Assembly (NCBI GenBank): GCA_963812185.1
Contig: CAWEUE010000005.1
Location: 32,405-96,404, forward strand
Source: an uncultured Acidobacteriota bacterium
Lineage (GTDB): Bacteria > Acidobacteriota > Vicinamibacteria > Vicinamibacterales > JAHECP01
Reading direction: 5' to 3'
Length of the DNA stretch: 64,000 bases
Positions 51,326-60,632 of this stretch are shown here, piece by piece (within the stretch, counting starts at the first letter, position 1; the number at the start of each line of letters is the position of its first letter). Below the pieces are notes generated by a model. That model saw only the letters and a program-made list of their open reading frames with translations. It was not told the DNA's origin and did not search any database. The translations under genes and the position numbers were made by a program.

Positions 51326-51375
51326 GCCGCGGAGAGGACGACCGAACGGCGCGGTTCGGGTGTATCTTGTCGCGC

Positions 51376-52452
51376 ATGAAGCACATGCTCGTCGCCGTTG
51401 CCATCGTCGCGATCGTCGTCTCGGCGCCACGGCCCGCGTCCGCCCAGGCTGCCGCCTGCACCTCGGCGACCGCGGGCTGCACCGAATGGGTGCCGCTCGG
51501 CACGGGCGCCGCGCGGTCGCTCGTCTATCGCACGTACCCGCTCACGGTCCGCAACGACCGGATCCATCGTGCCCTGGTCATGGTCCACGGCACGCTCCGC
51601 AACCCGGACCGCTACTTCCGCACGGCCACGACGGCCGCCTTCCTGGCCGGCGCGCTCGACGACACCGTCGTGATCGCGCCGCGCATCGCCTCGGCCGACG
51701 GACGGTGTCATGACGCGCTCGCCCCGAACGAGGTGAGCTGGGCGTGCGGCGGCGACAGCTGGCGCTCGGGCGGCGTGGCCGCGAGCGACAAGAGCCTCAC
51801 GTCGTTCGACTTCATGGACGCCATCCTGCGCGAGCTGGCCGACAAGCGGATCTTCCCGAACCTCACTGCGATCGTCATCGCGGGCCACTCGGCGGGCGGG
51901 CAGTTCGTCGCGCGCTACGCGATGGCCAACCGGATTCACGAGACGCTCGGCGTCGCGGTCACCTACGTCGTGGCGAACCCGTCCAGCTACGCGTGGCCCG
52001 ACGCGACGCGGCCGCTGCCGGCCGGCGACGGAGCGCCGGCGAACGCGGTGCTGGGCTGGAAGACCGAGGCGCCGCACACGGACTTCTCGTACGGCGCGTT
52101 CGACGCCAGCGGCTGCCCGAACTACGACCTGTGGCCGTACGGCATCGAGCAGCGCACGAGCGGCTACACCGTGGGTGAATCCGACGCGCAGCTGAAGAAG
52201 CAGCTCGCGTCGCGGCCGACGACGTACCTGCTGTCGCAGGTGGACACGCTGCCGCTCGGCGGGTTCGACTCGTCGTGCCGGGCGATGGCCCAGGGCGCGA
52301 CGCGCCGCGCGCGGGGCGAGGCGTTCGTGAGGTACGTGAACGAGCACCTCGGCGGGGCGCAGCACGTGCAGATCGTGCCCGAGTGCGGGCACAACGATCG
52401 GTGCGTCTACACGACCGACGAGGTGCTGCCGGTCATCTTCCCGGGAAAGTGA
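51376..52452 (+). CDS. secreted alpha/beta hydrolase
   Basis: A signal peptide and the nucleophile elbow AGHSAGG. Confidence 0.7.
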   Translation: MKHMLVAVAIVAIVVSAPRPASAQAAACTSATAGCTEWVPLGTGAARSLVYRTYPLTVRNDRIHRALVMVHGTLRNPDRYFRTATTAAFLAGALDDTVVIAPRIASADGRCHDALAPNEVSWACGGDSWRSGGVAASDKSLTSFDFMDAILRELADKRIFPNLTAIVIAGHSAGGQFVARYAMANRIHETLGVAVTYVVANPSSYAWPDATRPLPAGDGAPANAVLGWKTEAPHTDFSYGAFDASGCPNYDLWPYGIEQRTSGYTVGESDAQLKKQLASRPTTYLLSQVDTLPLGGFDSSCRAMAQGATRRARGEAFVRYVNEHLGGAQHVQIVPECGHNDRCVYTTDEVLPVIFPGK

Positions 52453-52684
52453 GGTCCGGGCCGGCTTCGGCGGATTCCAGTCCATCCGCAGGGTCTCCTA
52501 CGGCTTCGTCATTCGGCACACCGGGCTCGAAGGCGCCCTGGCGTATAGTTGTCGGCAGCGGCCGGCGGCAGGGAGATGAGCTGGCTGGCCGGGCATCCAC
52601 ACGTAAACCTACCGGCGCCATTCGGGACATGTGCGGTGCGATGGCGAGCCTTTGCGGACGTTCGCGCTGAGCTGGCGAGGGTCC

Positions 52685-54070
52685 ATGCCCCTGACTGAGA
52701 GCACTCCGCGGCTGCTGGTGGTCGACGACGAGCCGTCCGTGCTCAAGCTCGTCGAGCGATTTGCCAGGCTCCAGGGCTTCGAGGTCGTCGTTCGAGACAG
52801 CGGGCAAGAGGCGCTCGCGTGTTTCAACGATGTGAGGCCGGACGCCGCGCTGGTCGACCTTCGCATGTCCGGCCTCACCGGCATCGACGTGCTCCGGGCC
52901 ATCCGCGCGATCGATCCCGACTGCGAGGTCATCCTCATGACCGGCGACGCGACCGTGGACACCGCGATGGACGCCGTCAAGGCTGGCGCGCTCGACTACC
53001 TGGGCAAACCGCTGGACTTCGACCGGCTGCGCGAGCTCCTCGTCACGGTCCGCGAGAAGATCGGTCGGCGCGAGCGGCTGCTGGAAGTCGACGCTGTCCT
53101 CGCGAAGCGATTCGAGTTCCACGGGATGATCGGTCGCAGCCCCGCGATGCAGGAGCTGTTCGACTTGATTCGGCGACTGGCGCCGCACGTGCACACCGTG
53201 CTCATCGTCGGGGAAACCGGCACCGGCAAGGAGCTGGTCGCCAGGGCGCTCCAGAAGCTGGGCTCGCGCCGCGATCGGCGGTTCGTCACGGTGAACTGCT
53301 CGGCCGTCGTGGAGACGCTGTTCGAGAGCGAGCTGTTCGGCCACGTCCGCGGGGCGTTCACCGGGGCGACCGAGACGAAAGTCGGGCTCTTCGAGCACGC
53401 CGACGGGGGGACGCTGTTTCTCGATGAAGCGGGCGAGCTGCCGCTCACGCTCCAGGCGAAGCTGCTGCGGGCGGTCGAGCAGGGTGAGGTGCAGCGCGTC
53501 GGGTCGCTCGACAGCCGCCGCGTCGACGTGTGCGTGATTGCGGCGACCAATCGCGATCTCAGGGCCGAATCGGCGGCGGGACGGTTTCGCGCCGATCTGT
53601 TCTACCGTCTCAGCACCCTCGAGCTCCGCATCGCGCCGCTGCGCGAGCGCGCGGCGGACATCCCGTATCTGACCGCTTATTTCGTGGGGCAGTTCGCCAA
53701 GCGGCTGAAACGCACGATCACCGGCGTGACGCCCGCCGCCGAGCGGCTCCTGCAGCAGGCGCCGTGGCCCGGCAACGTCCGCGAGCTCAAGAACATCGTC
53801 GAGCGGGCGTGCATCATGAGCGAGAGCCGGATTCTGACCGAACGCGAGTTCGCCGCCGCGATGTCGACAGCGCCGCCCGCGGTCGCGGCGGGCGCGAGCG
53901 CGTCCGGCGCGCCGCCCTCCGACCCGCACCTGTTCTCGACCGCGCAGCGGGATCAGATCGAACACGTCCTGCGTGAGGCTCACGGCAACAAGACCGCGGC
54001 GGCGCAGCTCCTCGGCATCAGCCGTCGCTCGCTCTACCGGTGGCTCGACCGGTTGAACATCGGCAGGTGA
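52685..54070 (+). CDS. sigma-54-dependent response regulator (NtrC family), no adjacent kinase
   Basis: A receiver domain (LLVVDDEP...DLRMSG), an AAA+ domain (GETGTGKE, ESELFGH, GGTLFLDE) and a Fis-type HTH (AAAQLLGISRRSLYRWL). Confidence 0.9.
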   Translation: MPLTESTPRLLVVDDEPSVLKLVERFARLQGFEVVVRDSGQEALACFNDVRPDAALVDLRMSGLTGIDVLRAIRAIDPDCEVILMTGDATVDTAMDAVKAGALDYLGKPLDFDRLRELLVTVREKIGRRERLLEVDAVLAKRFEFHGMIGRSPAMQELFDLIRRLAPHVHTVLIVGETGTGKELVARALQKLGSRRDRRFVTVNCSAVVETLFESELFGHVRGAFTGATETKVGLFEHADGGTLFLDEAGELPLTLQAKLLRAVEQGEVQRVGSLDSRRVDVCVIAATNRDLRAESAAGRFRADLFYRLSTLELRIAPLRERAADIPYLTAYFVGQFAKRLKRTITGVTPAAERLLQQAPWPGNVRELKNIVERACIMSESRILTEREFAAAMSTAPPAVAAGASASGAPPSDPHLFSTAQRDQIEHVLREAHGNKTAAAQLLGISRRSLYRWLDRLNIGR

Positions 54071-54180
54071 GCCTGCGAGTGCGCCAGGCCGTGCGCGGCT
54101 GGCACACCTGCACGGTTCCGGCAGAACGTCCCTCGGCGGTAACCCCAATCCCCGCAGGCAATTCCCAGGTTTTCGGCTAG

Positions 54181-54196
54181 CGGCACGGCCCTGGCT
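54181..54196 (+). promoter_or_regulatory. candidate sigma-54 promoter CGGCAC-N5-TGGCT
   Basis: GG-N10-GC spacing is correct. It lies 57 nt upstream of the 54253 ATG and directly downstream of an NtrC-type activator gene. Confidence 0.35.
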
Positions 54197-54252
54197 CTAC
54201 TCCAGATCGACCGGCGTGATGACGCGCACGGCCTTTCCCGGAGGAGCCAGCC

Positions 54253-54735
54253 ATGTTCCGCACGTCAATTGCGCTGTTCTTGACCACGTTCCTCCTGGCA
54301 ACGCCCGTCGCGGCCGCCGGACAGAGCTCACTCGCCACCGCCGCCACCGATGCCGCCGCGAGCGTGGCGGTGTCTTCGGCCGGTGCGACCGTGGCGCCGC
54401 CGGTGCACACCCTGCTCCGCCCCAACGCGCGGCCGTCAGTCCTTCCGTCGATGTATGTGGGCCTCGCGGCACTGCAGGGCTACGATGCGTATTCCACGCT
54501 GAAGGCCTTGAATCAGGGAGCGGTGGAAGCCAATCCGTTGATGGGCGGAGTCGCCGGCCATCCGGCCGCGCTGATCGCCGTCAAGAGTGCGGCGACGTTC
54601 GCGTCGATCTACGCGTCGGAGCGCCTGTGGCGCGACCATCATCACAAGGCCGCGATCGTGCTGATGGCCGTGACGACTGGCGCGATGGCCATGGTCGCCG
54701 CGCACAACGCGTCCGTCATCCGCGTGCAGCGCTAG
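54253..54735 (+). CDS. small exported/membrane protein (possibly DUF5658-like)
   Basis: It has a signal peptide, EANPLMGG, and C-terminal TM helices. Confidence 0.5.
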   Translation: MFRTSIALFLTTFLLATPVAAAGQSSLATAATDAAASVAVSSAGATVAPPVHTLLRPNARPSVLPSMYVGLAALQGYDAYSTLKALNQGAVEANPLMGGVAGHPAALIAVKSAATFASIYASERLWRDHHHKAAIVLMAVTTGAMAMVAAHNASVIRVQR

Positions 54736-54786
54736 ACAGGACCCCGTTACATCTACCTGCGCCGGCGGAGGCCTGACGCGACGAGG

Positions 54787-56169
<1,383 letters not shown>

Positions 56170-56176
56170 GTGTGCG

Positions 56177-57490
56177 TCACTCCCGTGAGAGCGTCAGGGC
56201 GAACGTGACACGGCCGGGCTCGTTCGCGGCCACCCGCAGGTCGCCGCCGTGGCCGCGGGCGACGTTCTTCGCGATCGCCAGCCCGAGACCGGTGCCGTGG
56301 CGCCTGGTGGTGAAGAACGGCTCGAAGATCCGCGACAGCGCGTCGGGGGGAATGGGGTCGCCGGAGTTCTCCACCTCCAGCACGACGCCGGGCCCGTCGG
56401 CGCGGGCGCGCAGCTCGATCCGCCCGCCGGCAGGCGTGGCCTCGACGGCGTTGAGCAGCAGGTTCAGCAGCGCGCGCTCGATCTGCCCGCGGTCGACGGT
56501 CGCGGCGAGCGCCGCGTCGGCGTCCACGGCAATCGCGAGGTCCTTCTGCGAGGCCTGGACCCCGGCGATCTCCGCCACGTACCCGAGGATCTCCGCCAGC
56601 GACAGCGCGCTCCGCTGCGGCGGGTTCGGCCGCGCGTAGGAGAGAAAGTCGCCGGTGAGCCGCTCGAGCCTCGCCGCCTCGCCGCCCGCGATGCCCAGCA
56701 GCTCGCGGCGCTCCGGCTCGCCCAGCTCGGGGCGCGCCGCCGTCGCCAGCGCGCTGCTGATGACGGCCACCGGGTTGCGGATCTCGTGCGCGACGGCGCT
56801 CGACAGGCGGCCGACCACGGCCAGCTTCTCCTCGATCATCAGCTGCTCGCGCGTGCGCTCCAGCTCGTCGAGGTTCTCGGCCAGGCGGCGCCGGCCGCCG
56901 CGCAGCTGGCTCATGAGCAGCCAGACCGTGAGCCCCATGAGCGCGTAGACGAGCGAGATCACGCCCGCCTCGAAGTACTCGCTGACGGGCACCGGCGGGT
57001 GGAACCGCGCGAAGTGCCACACCCAGAGGAACGTCACCGAGTCGGCCACGAGGATGACCCCGACCGAGACCGGCAGGCTGAAGCGGAAGGCGGCCTGGAG
57101 CACGGGCAGGGCGAGCAGCACGAAGTACGGGCTGTCCTCGCGGTTGGTCAGGAACGTCAGCAGGATCGCCAGGCCGACGTCGAGCACGATCACCGTCCAG
57201 ACGGTGGCGTCCTGGCCGCGCGGGCCGAGCGGCGTCTGGCGGGCCCAGAGCCACAGCAGCGCGAGCATCTGCAGCAGGAACGCGGCGCCCAGCGTGACGA
57301 GGAGCGTCGGCGACGGCGGCCCGAGGAGTGACGAGAAGACGGCGTGCAGCAGCAGGAGCGCCGCCAGCACGAACAGGTTCAGCGCGGCGAAAGCGATCGC
57401 CTGCTGGCGGAACGACTCGAAGTCGTCGCCCGTCAGGACCGGAATCGCCCGCCGCGCTGGTCCCGCCTCATCGCCGTGGCGCGCCCGCAT
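56177..57490 (-). CDS. sensor histidine kinase with polytopic N-terminal membrane domain
   Basis: About 6 TM helices, an H-box (SSAVAHEIRNP), an N-box (LLNLLLNAVEA) and a G-box (GTGLGLAIA). Confidence 0.88.
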   Translation of the reverse strand: MRARHGDEAGPARRAIPVLTGDDFESFRQQAIAFAALNLFVLAALLLLHAVFSSLLGPPSPTLLVTLGAAFLLQMLALLWLWARQTPLGPRGQDATVWTVIVLDVGLAILLTFLTNREDSPYFVLLALPVLQAAFRFSLPVSVGVILVADSVTFLWVWHFARFHPPVPVSEYFEAGVISLVYALMGLTVWLLMSQLRGGRRRLAENLDELERTREQLMIEEKLAVVGRLSSAVAHEIRNPVAVISSALATAARPELGEPERRELLGIAGGEAARLERLTGDFLSYARPNPPQRSALSLAEILGYVAEIAGVQASQKDLAIAVDADAALAATVDRGQIERALLNLLLNAVEATPAGGRIELRARADGPGVVLEVENSGDPIPPDALSRIFEPFFTTRRHGTGLGLAIAKNVARGHGGDLRVAANEPGRVTFALTLSRE

Positions 57491-58044
57491 CAGCGCCTAT
57501 CGTGCTCGGTTTCTCCCAGATGCGCAACGCCGGCCTCGGCGATTGGAGCCGGGGGCATGAGCGCGCGCACGCCGAACTGGTGCACCAACCGGCCGCCGTT
57601 GTGCGCCGTGTTGACGAGCAGCAGCGCGCCGGCGCCGTAGAGCACCAGGAACGCCAGCGGCAGCACCGTCGTCGTGAGCCGCGTGTCGGTCCGCTTGAGC
57701 AGGCGCGGCGCGGCCAACAGGACGACGAAGACCGCCGACAGCACCGCGAACACGACGCGCGTGCGCTCGGCCATCGACTCGTGCGTCTCGAGCACCTGGG
57801 CCATGCCGGGGCTCCGCTCGGCGAGCTGGCCGGCCGCTTCGCCGGTCTCGACCGCGACGAAGACGGCCGCGGTCCCCAGGAGCAGCAGCACCATCGCCGC
57901 CACCAGGTACGGCCGGGCCCTGGCCGGCGCCTTCATTGCGCCAATCAGGATGAAGACGGGGGCGACGAGCAGCAGCGCGATCGGGAAGTGGACGATCAGC
58001 GGGTGCAGACCGTCCCAGCTCGGAATGGGCGGAAACTGAAACAT
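57490..58044 (-). CDS. DUF2231-like membrane protein
   Basis: HPLIVHFPIALL N-terminal motif and 4 TM helices. Its stop overlaps the kinase ATG by 1 nt. Confidence 0.6.
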   Translation of the reverse strand: MFQFPPIPSWDGLHPLIVHFPIALLLVAPVFILIGAMKAPARARPYLVAAMVLLLLGTAAVFVAVETGEAAGQLAERSPGMAQVLETHESMAERTRVVFAVLSAVFVVLLAAPRLLKRTDTRLTTTVLPLAFLVLYGAGALLLVNTAHNGGRLVHQFGVRALMPPAPIAEAGVAHLGETEHDRR

Positions 58045-58101
58045 GGCTCGCTCCTCGGATCGAAGACACGAGGGCCGTCGCGGACGACGGCCCCCCTGGG
58101 C

Positions 58102-58707
58102 TCAGTTGACCGCGACGTACTTGTCCTTGGGGTTGAAGCAGGACGGGCACTTCTCGAAGTTCATCTGGACCGTCGTGTAGCCGCAGATCGTGCACACGTA
58201 GTAGTCCATCGCCTTCGAGCCCTTGAGCGTGTCGAGCTTGTTCAGCGTCTCGGTGTACAGCCTGGCGTGCTCCGCCTCGGCCGTCTTCGCGTAGTTGAAG
58301 GTCTGGATCGCCGCGCGGTTCCCCTCGGTGCGGGCCAGCTGGAGGAACGACGGATACATCGTGTCGCGCTCGTAGGTCTCGCCCTTGATGGCGGCCTCGA
58401 GGTTCTCCCGCGTGGACTTCACGTCCGGGGTCTCGATGTCGGCCTTGGGCGCTCCGCCCATCTGCGTGATCACCACCGCGTGGTTGCCGGCGTGAATCTC
58501 CTCCGCGCGGGCCGCGGCCCGGAAGAGGCTCGCCACCGCGCCGTAGCCTTCCTGGTCGGCCTTCTGGGCGAACGCGAGGTAGCGGGCGTGGGCGTTGCTC
58601 TCGCCGTTGTAGGCGGCCTGGAGGTTGTCGAGGGTCCCGGCGGCGGCCGCGCCTGGCGCGAGCAGCGCCACCGCGAGGGCCAGCGAAGCGAACATGAAGC
58701 TCTTCAT
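58102..58707 (-). CDS. rubrerythrin-family protein with an N-terminal Sec-type signal peptide
   Basis: MKSFMFASLALAVALLAPGAAAA, then ferritin-like E...EXXH pairs (GESNAHARY, EEIHAGNH, GETYERD, EAEHARLY) and a C-terminal CTICGY...CPSC rubredoxin-like site. Confidence 0.8.
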   Translation of the reverse strand: MKSFMFASLALAVALLAPGAAAAGTLDNLQAAYNGESNAHARYLAFAQKADQEGYGAVASLFRAAARAEEIHAGNHAVVITQMGGAPKADIETPDVKSTRENLEAAIKGETYERDTMYPSFLQLARTEGNRAAIQTFNYAKTAEAEHARLYTETLNKLDTLKGSKAMDYYVCTICGYTTVQMNFEKCPSCFNPKDKYVAVN

Positions 58708-58768
58708 TTCGGGTCGTCTCCGTTCGTGAAATGGCGATTCGGACATCGATCTCGCCCTTGCCCTGTAG

Positions 58769-58784
58769 GGCACGGACGATGCCA
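58769..58784 (-). promoter_or_regulatory. candidate sigma-54 promoter TGGCAT-N5-GTGCC
   Basis: On the minus strand it reads TTGGCATCGTCCGTGCCCT. GG-N10-GC spacing is correct. It lies ~60 nt upstream of the rubrerythrin ATG, and the operon ends with an NtrC-type activator. Confidence 0.5.
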
Positions 58785-58866
58785 ACCGGAGGCTCCCGGC
58801 AAGTGCTTGACAGGAAAGGACAGGCGGGAAGATGGCCGCGGCCGGGCCGTCCCGGCGTCCGAGGAT

Positions 58867-60333
58867 TCAGACCGCGGCGTCTGAAAGTTCGGACACGTCT
58901 GCCGCGTTTGGCGCGCGCCGGCCCGCAATGGTCAGCACCACCAGCGGCGGCGCGGCCACGGCCCAGCCCCTGACGAGCAGCACCGGCACGTCGAGACCGA
59001 GCGTCGCGTGCAGGCCGCCGAGCGCCGCGAGCAGCAGGATCTGCGACGCGAAGACGAGCGCCGCGCCCGCCGCGAGGGTGGTCCACCGGCGCGCGAGCCC
59101 CGCGGCCCACAGCAGCGCCAGGAGCAGGCTCGCCTGGTACACCGGCAGGATGTGCAGCGCGCCTTGCGCGTCGCCGGGCGCCGCGAGCGTCGCGAGGGTC
59201 CACGGCAGCAGCCGCTGGACGAGGCGCGCCGCGAAGAGCAGCGTTCCCGCGTAGAGCGAGCCCGCCACGAGCGCGAACGCGAGCGCGGCGGCGATGGCCG
59301 CGAGCGTCCGGCGCACCGCGTCCTGTGCGCGGACGGCTCCAGCGCCCGAGGCGCGCAGGCCCCAGAACGCCGCGCCGAGGACGAGCGCGGCAAAGACCAG
59401 GAACTGATAGAAGCCGTGCGCGACGAAGAGCGGCTCGGCGGCGAGCGCCGGCGGCAGCGCCAGCGCCAGCAGGCGGAGCACGCCGAGGGCGGCGAACAGC
59501 GGGATCGTCACCGCGACGCCCACCCAGCGCGCCGCGCGCGGGATCGGGGCCGTCAGCACGCCGGCCAGGTAGACGGGGACGAGCGGCGTCGCGATGCAGG
59601 CCTGCGTGACGAGAAACGACCCGCGCGCGGTGACCAGCGTGTTGCCCGCCGCGGAGGCGCCGACACCGAGACCGGCGATCATGCGAGCCGCCGCGCGCGC
59701 GATCCAGCCGCCCGCGAGGGCAATCGTCGCGCTCGACATGATCCACGGCGCCAGCAGGCCGAAGGCCAGCAGCAGCGCCGCCGCCGCGGCGGCGAACCGT
59801 CCGAGCGTTCCCGGCGGCGTCCACTCCCGCAGGAGCGATCGGCCGGCCGCCGGCGACCACCGGATCCAGACCAGGAAACACGCCGCGACGGCCGCCACCA
59901 GGATCGACGGCCACACGTAGAGGTGCAGGGGCGTGAACCAGCTCGACGCGGGCCCCACGAACGCCAGCGTGACGATGCGGGCGATGTTGAACGGGACCAC
60001 GACCGCGAGCAGCCCGGCGCCGCCCGTGAGACGGCGCCGCCAGGGCGCCGGGTAGGCGAGGATGGCGCCGAGCCCCAGCGCGATCGCGTCGGCGCCGCTG
60101 CAGCTCAGCGTGACCGTCAGCGGGAGCGCGGGCCCGCCGCTGTACCAGAGCGCGATGGCCGCCTGGACGTGCGTGAACGGGACGAGCAACGCGGTCTTCA
60201 CCCAGTTGGCCTGCAGCAGGGCGAAGAAGAGCAGCTCGAGCGCGAGCGCCGACAGCAGATAGCGGACCGGCGACATCACCGCGTCTTCCGCGTGATCGCC
60301 GCCGCGAACGGCCGGTGTCGCGTGCCCGGTCAC
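58867..60333 (-). CDS. exosortase/archaeosortase-family membrane protein, apparently with two tandem exosortase-like modules
   Basis: Module 1 has TLSCSGADAIAL, VPFNIARIV and PLHLYVWP. Module 2 has LVTQACIATPLV, LGVLRLLAL and FVAHGFYQF. The start is GTG 60333 or ATG 60276. Confidence 0.6.
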   Translation of the reverse strand: MTGHATPAVRGGDHAEDAVMSPVRYLLSALALELLFFALLQANWVKTALLVPFTHVQAAIALWYSGGPALPLTVTLSCSGADAIALGLGAILAYPAPWRRRLTGGAGLLAVVVPFNIARIVTLAFVGPASSWFTPLHLYVWPSILVAAVAACFLVWIRWSPAAGRSLLREWTPPGTLGRFAAAAAALLLAFGLLAPWIMSSATIALAGGWIARAAARMIAGLGVGASAAGNTLVTARGSFLVTQACIATPLVPVYLAGVLTAPIPRAARWVGVAVTIPLFAALGVLRLLALALPPALAAEPLFVAHGFYQFLVFAALVLGAAFWGLRASGAGAVRAQDAVRRTLAAIAAALAFALVAGSLYAGTLLFAARLVQRLLPWTLATLAAPGDAQGALHILPVYQASLLLALLWAAGLARRWTTLAAGAALVFASQILLLAALGGLHATLGLDVPVLLVRGWAVAAPPLVVLTIAGRRAPNAADVSELSDAAV

Positions 60334-60632
60334 GACGGTCTCTCGATCGAGGAACGCAAGCTCACCTCGAGCGCCCAGTCGGCGGCGAGGGCGCGCACGC
60401 CGTAGCGGACGCGATCGGCGAGGCCCTCCCGCGACCGCCAGTGTACCCTGGACCAGGGGCGGACGCGGCGATCGAGCCGCCGCCCTTCGGCCTGCTCGTG
60501 CTCGGAAAGCGCTTCGAGCGCGTCGAGGCGCTGGCGCCGGCGACGATTGCCGTGCGCGGACGGGCGCTCCAGTCCGTGGACGTGCTGCGCGGCTGGCGCG
60601 CGCGGGCCGGGCTGGGCTAGGATGGCTGAAAC

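Noticed and set aside
54100-54114. TGGCAC motif downstream of the first NtrC gene as a sigma-54 -24 element
   Set aside because: The -12 position reads CG rather than GC at the required GG-N10-GC spacing. The CGGCAC-N5-TGGCT site at 54181-54196 fits better and is reported with low confidence.
60334-60632. A small gene in the 300-bp gap between the exosortase-like gene and the second ADOP permease, either a minus-strand ORF coupled by GTGA to the exosortase or a plus-strand ORF ending 12 nt before the permease
   Set aside because: The two antisense candidates share codon position 2, and both show high GC at positions 1 and 3, so composition cannot tell them apart. Neither has an ATG or a recognisable motif, and neither is PadR-like. 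The region is left unannotated.
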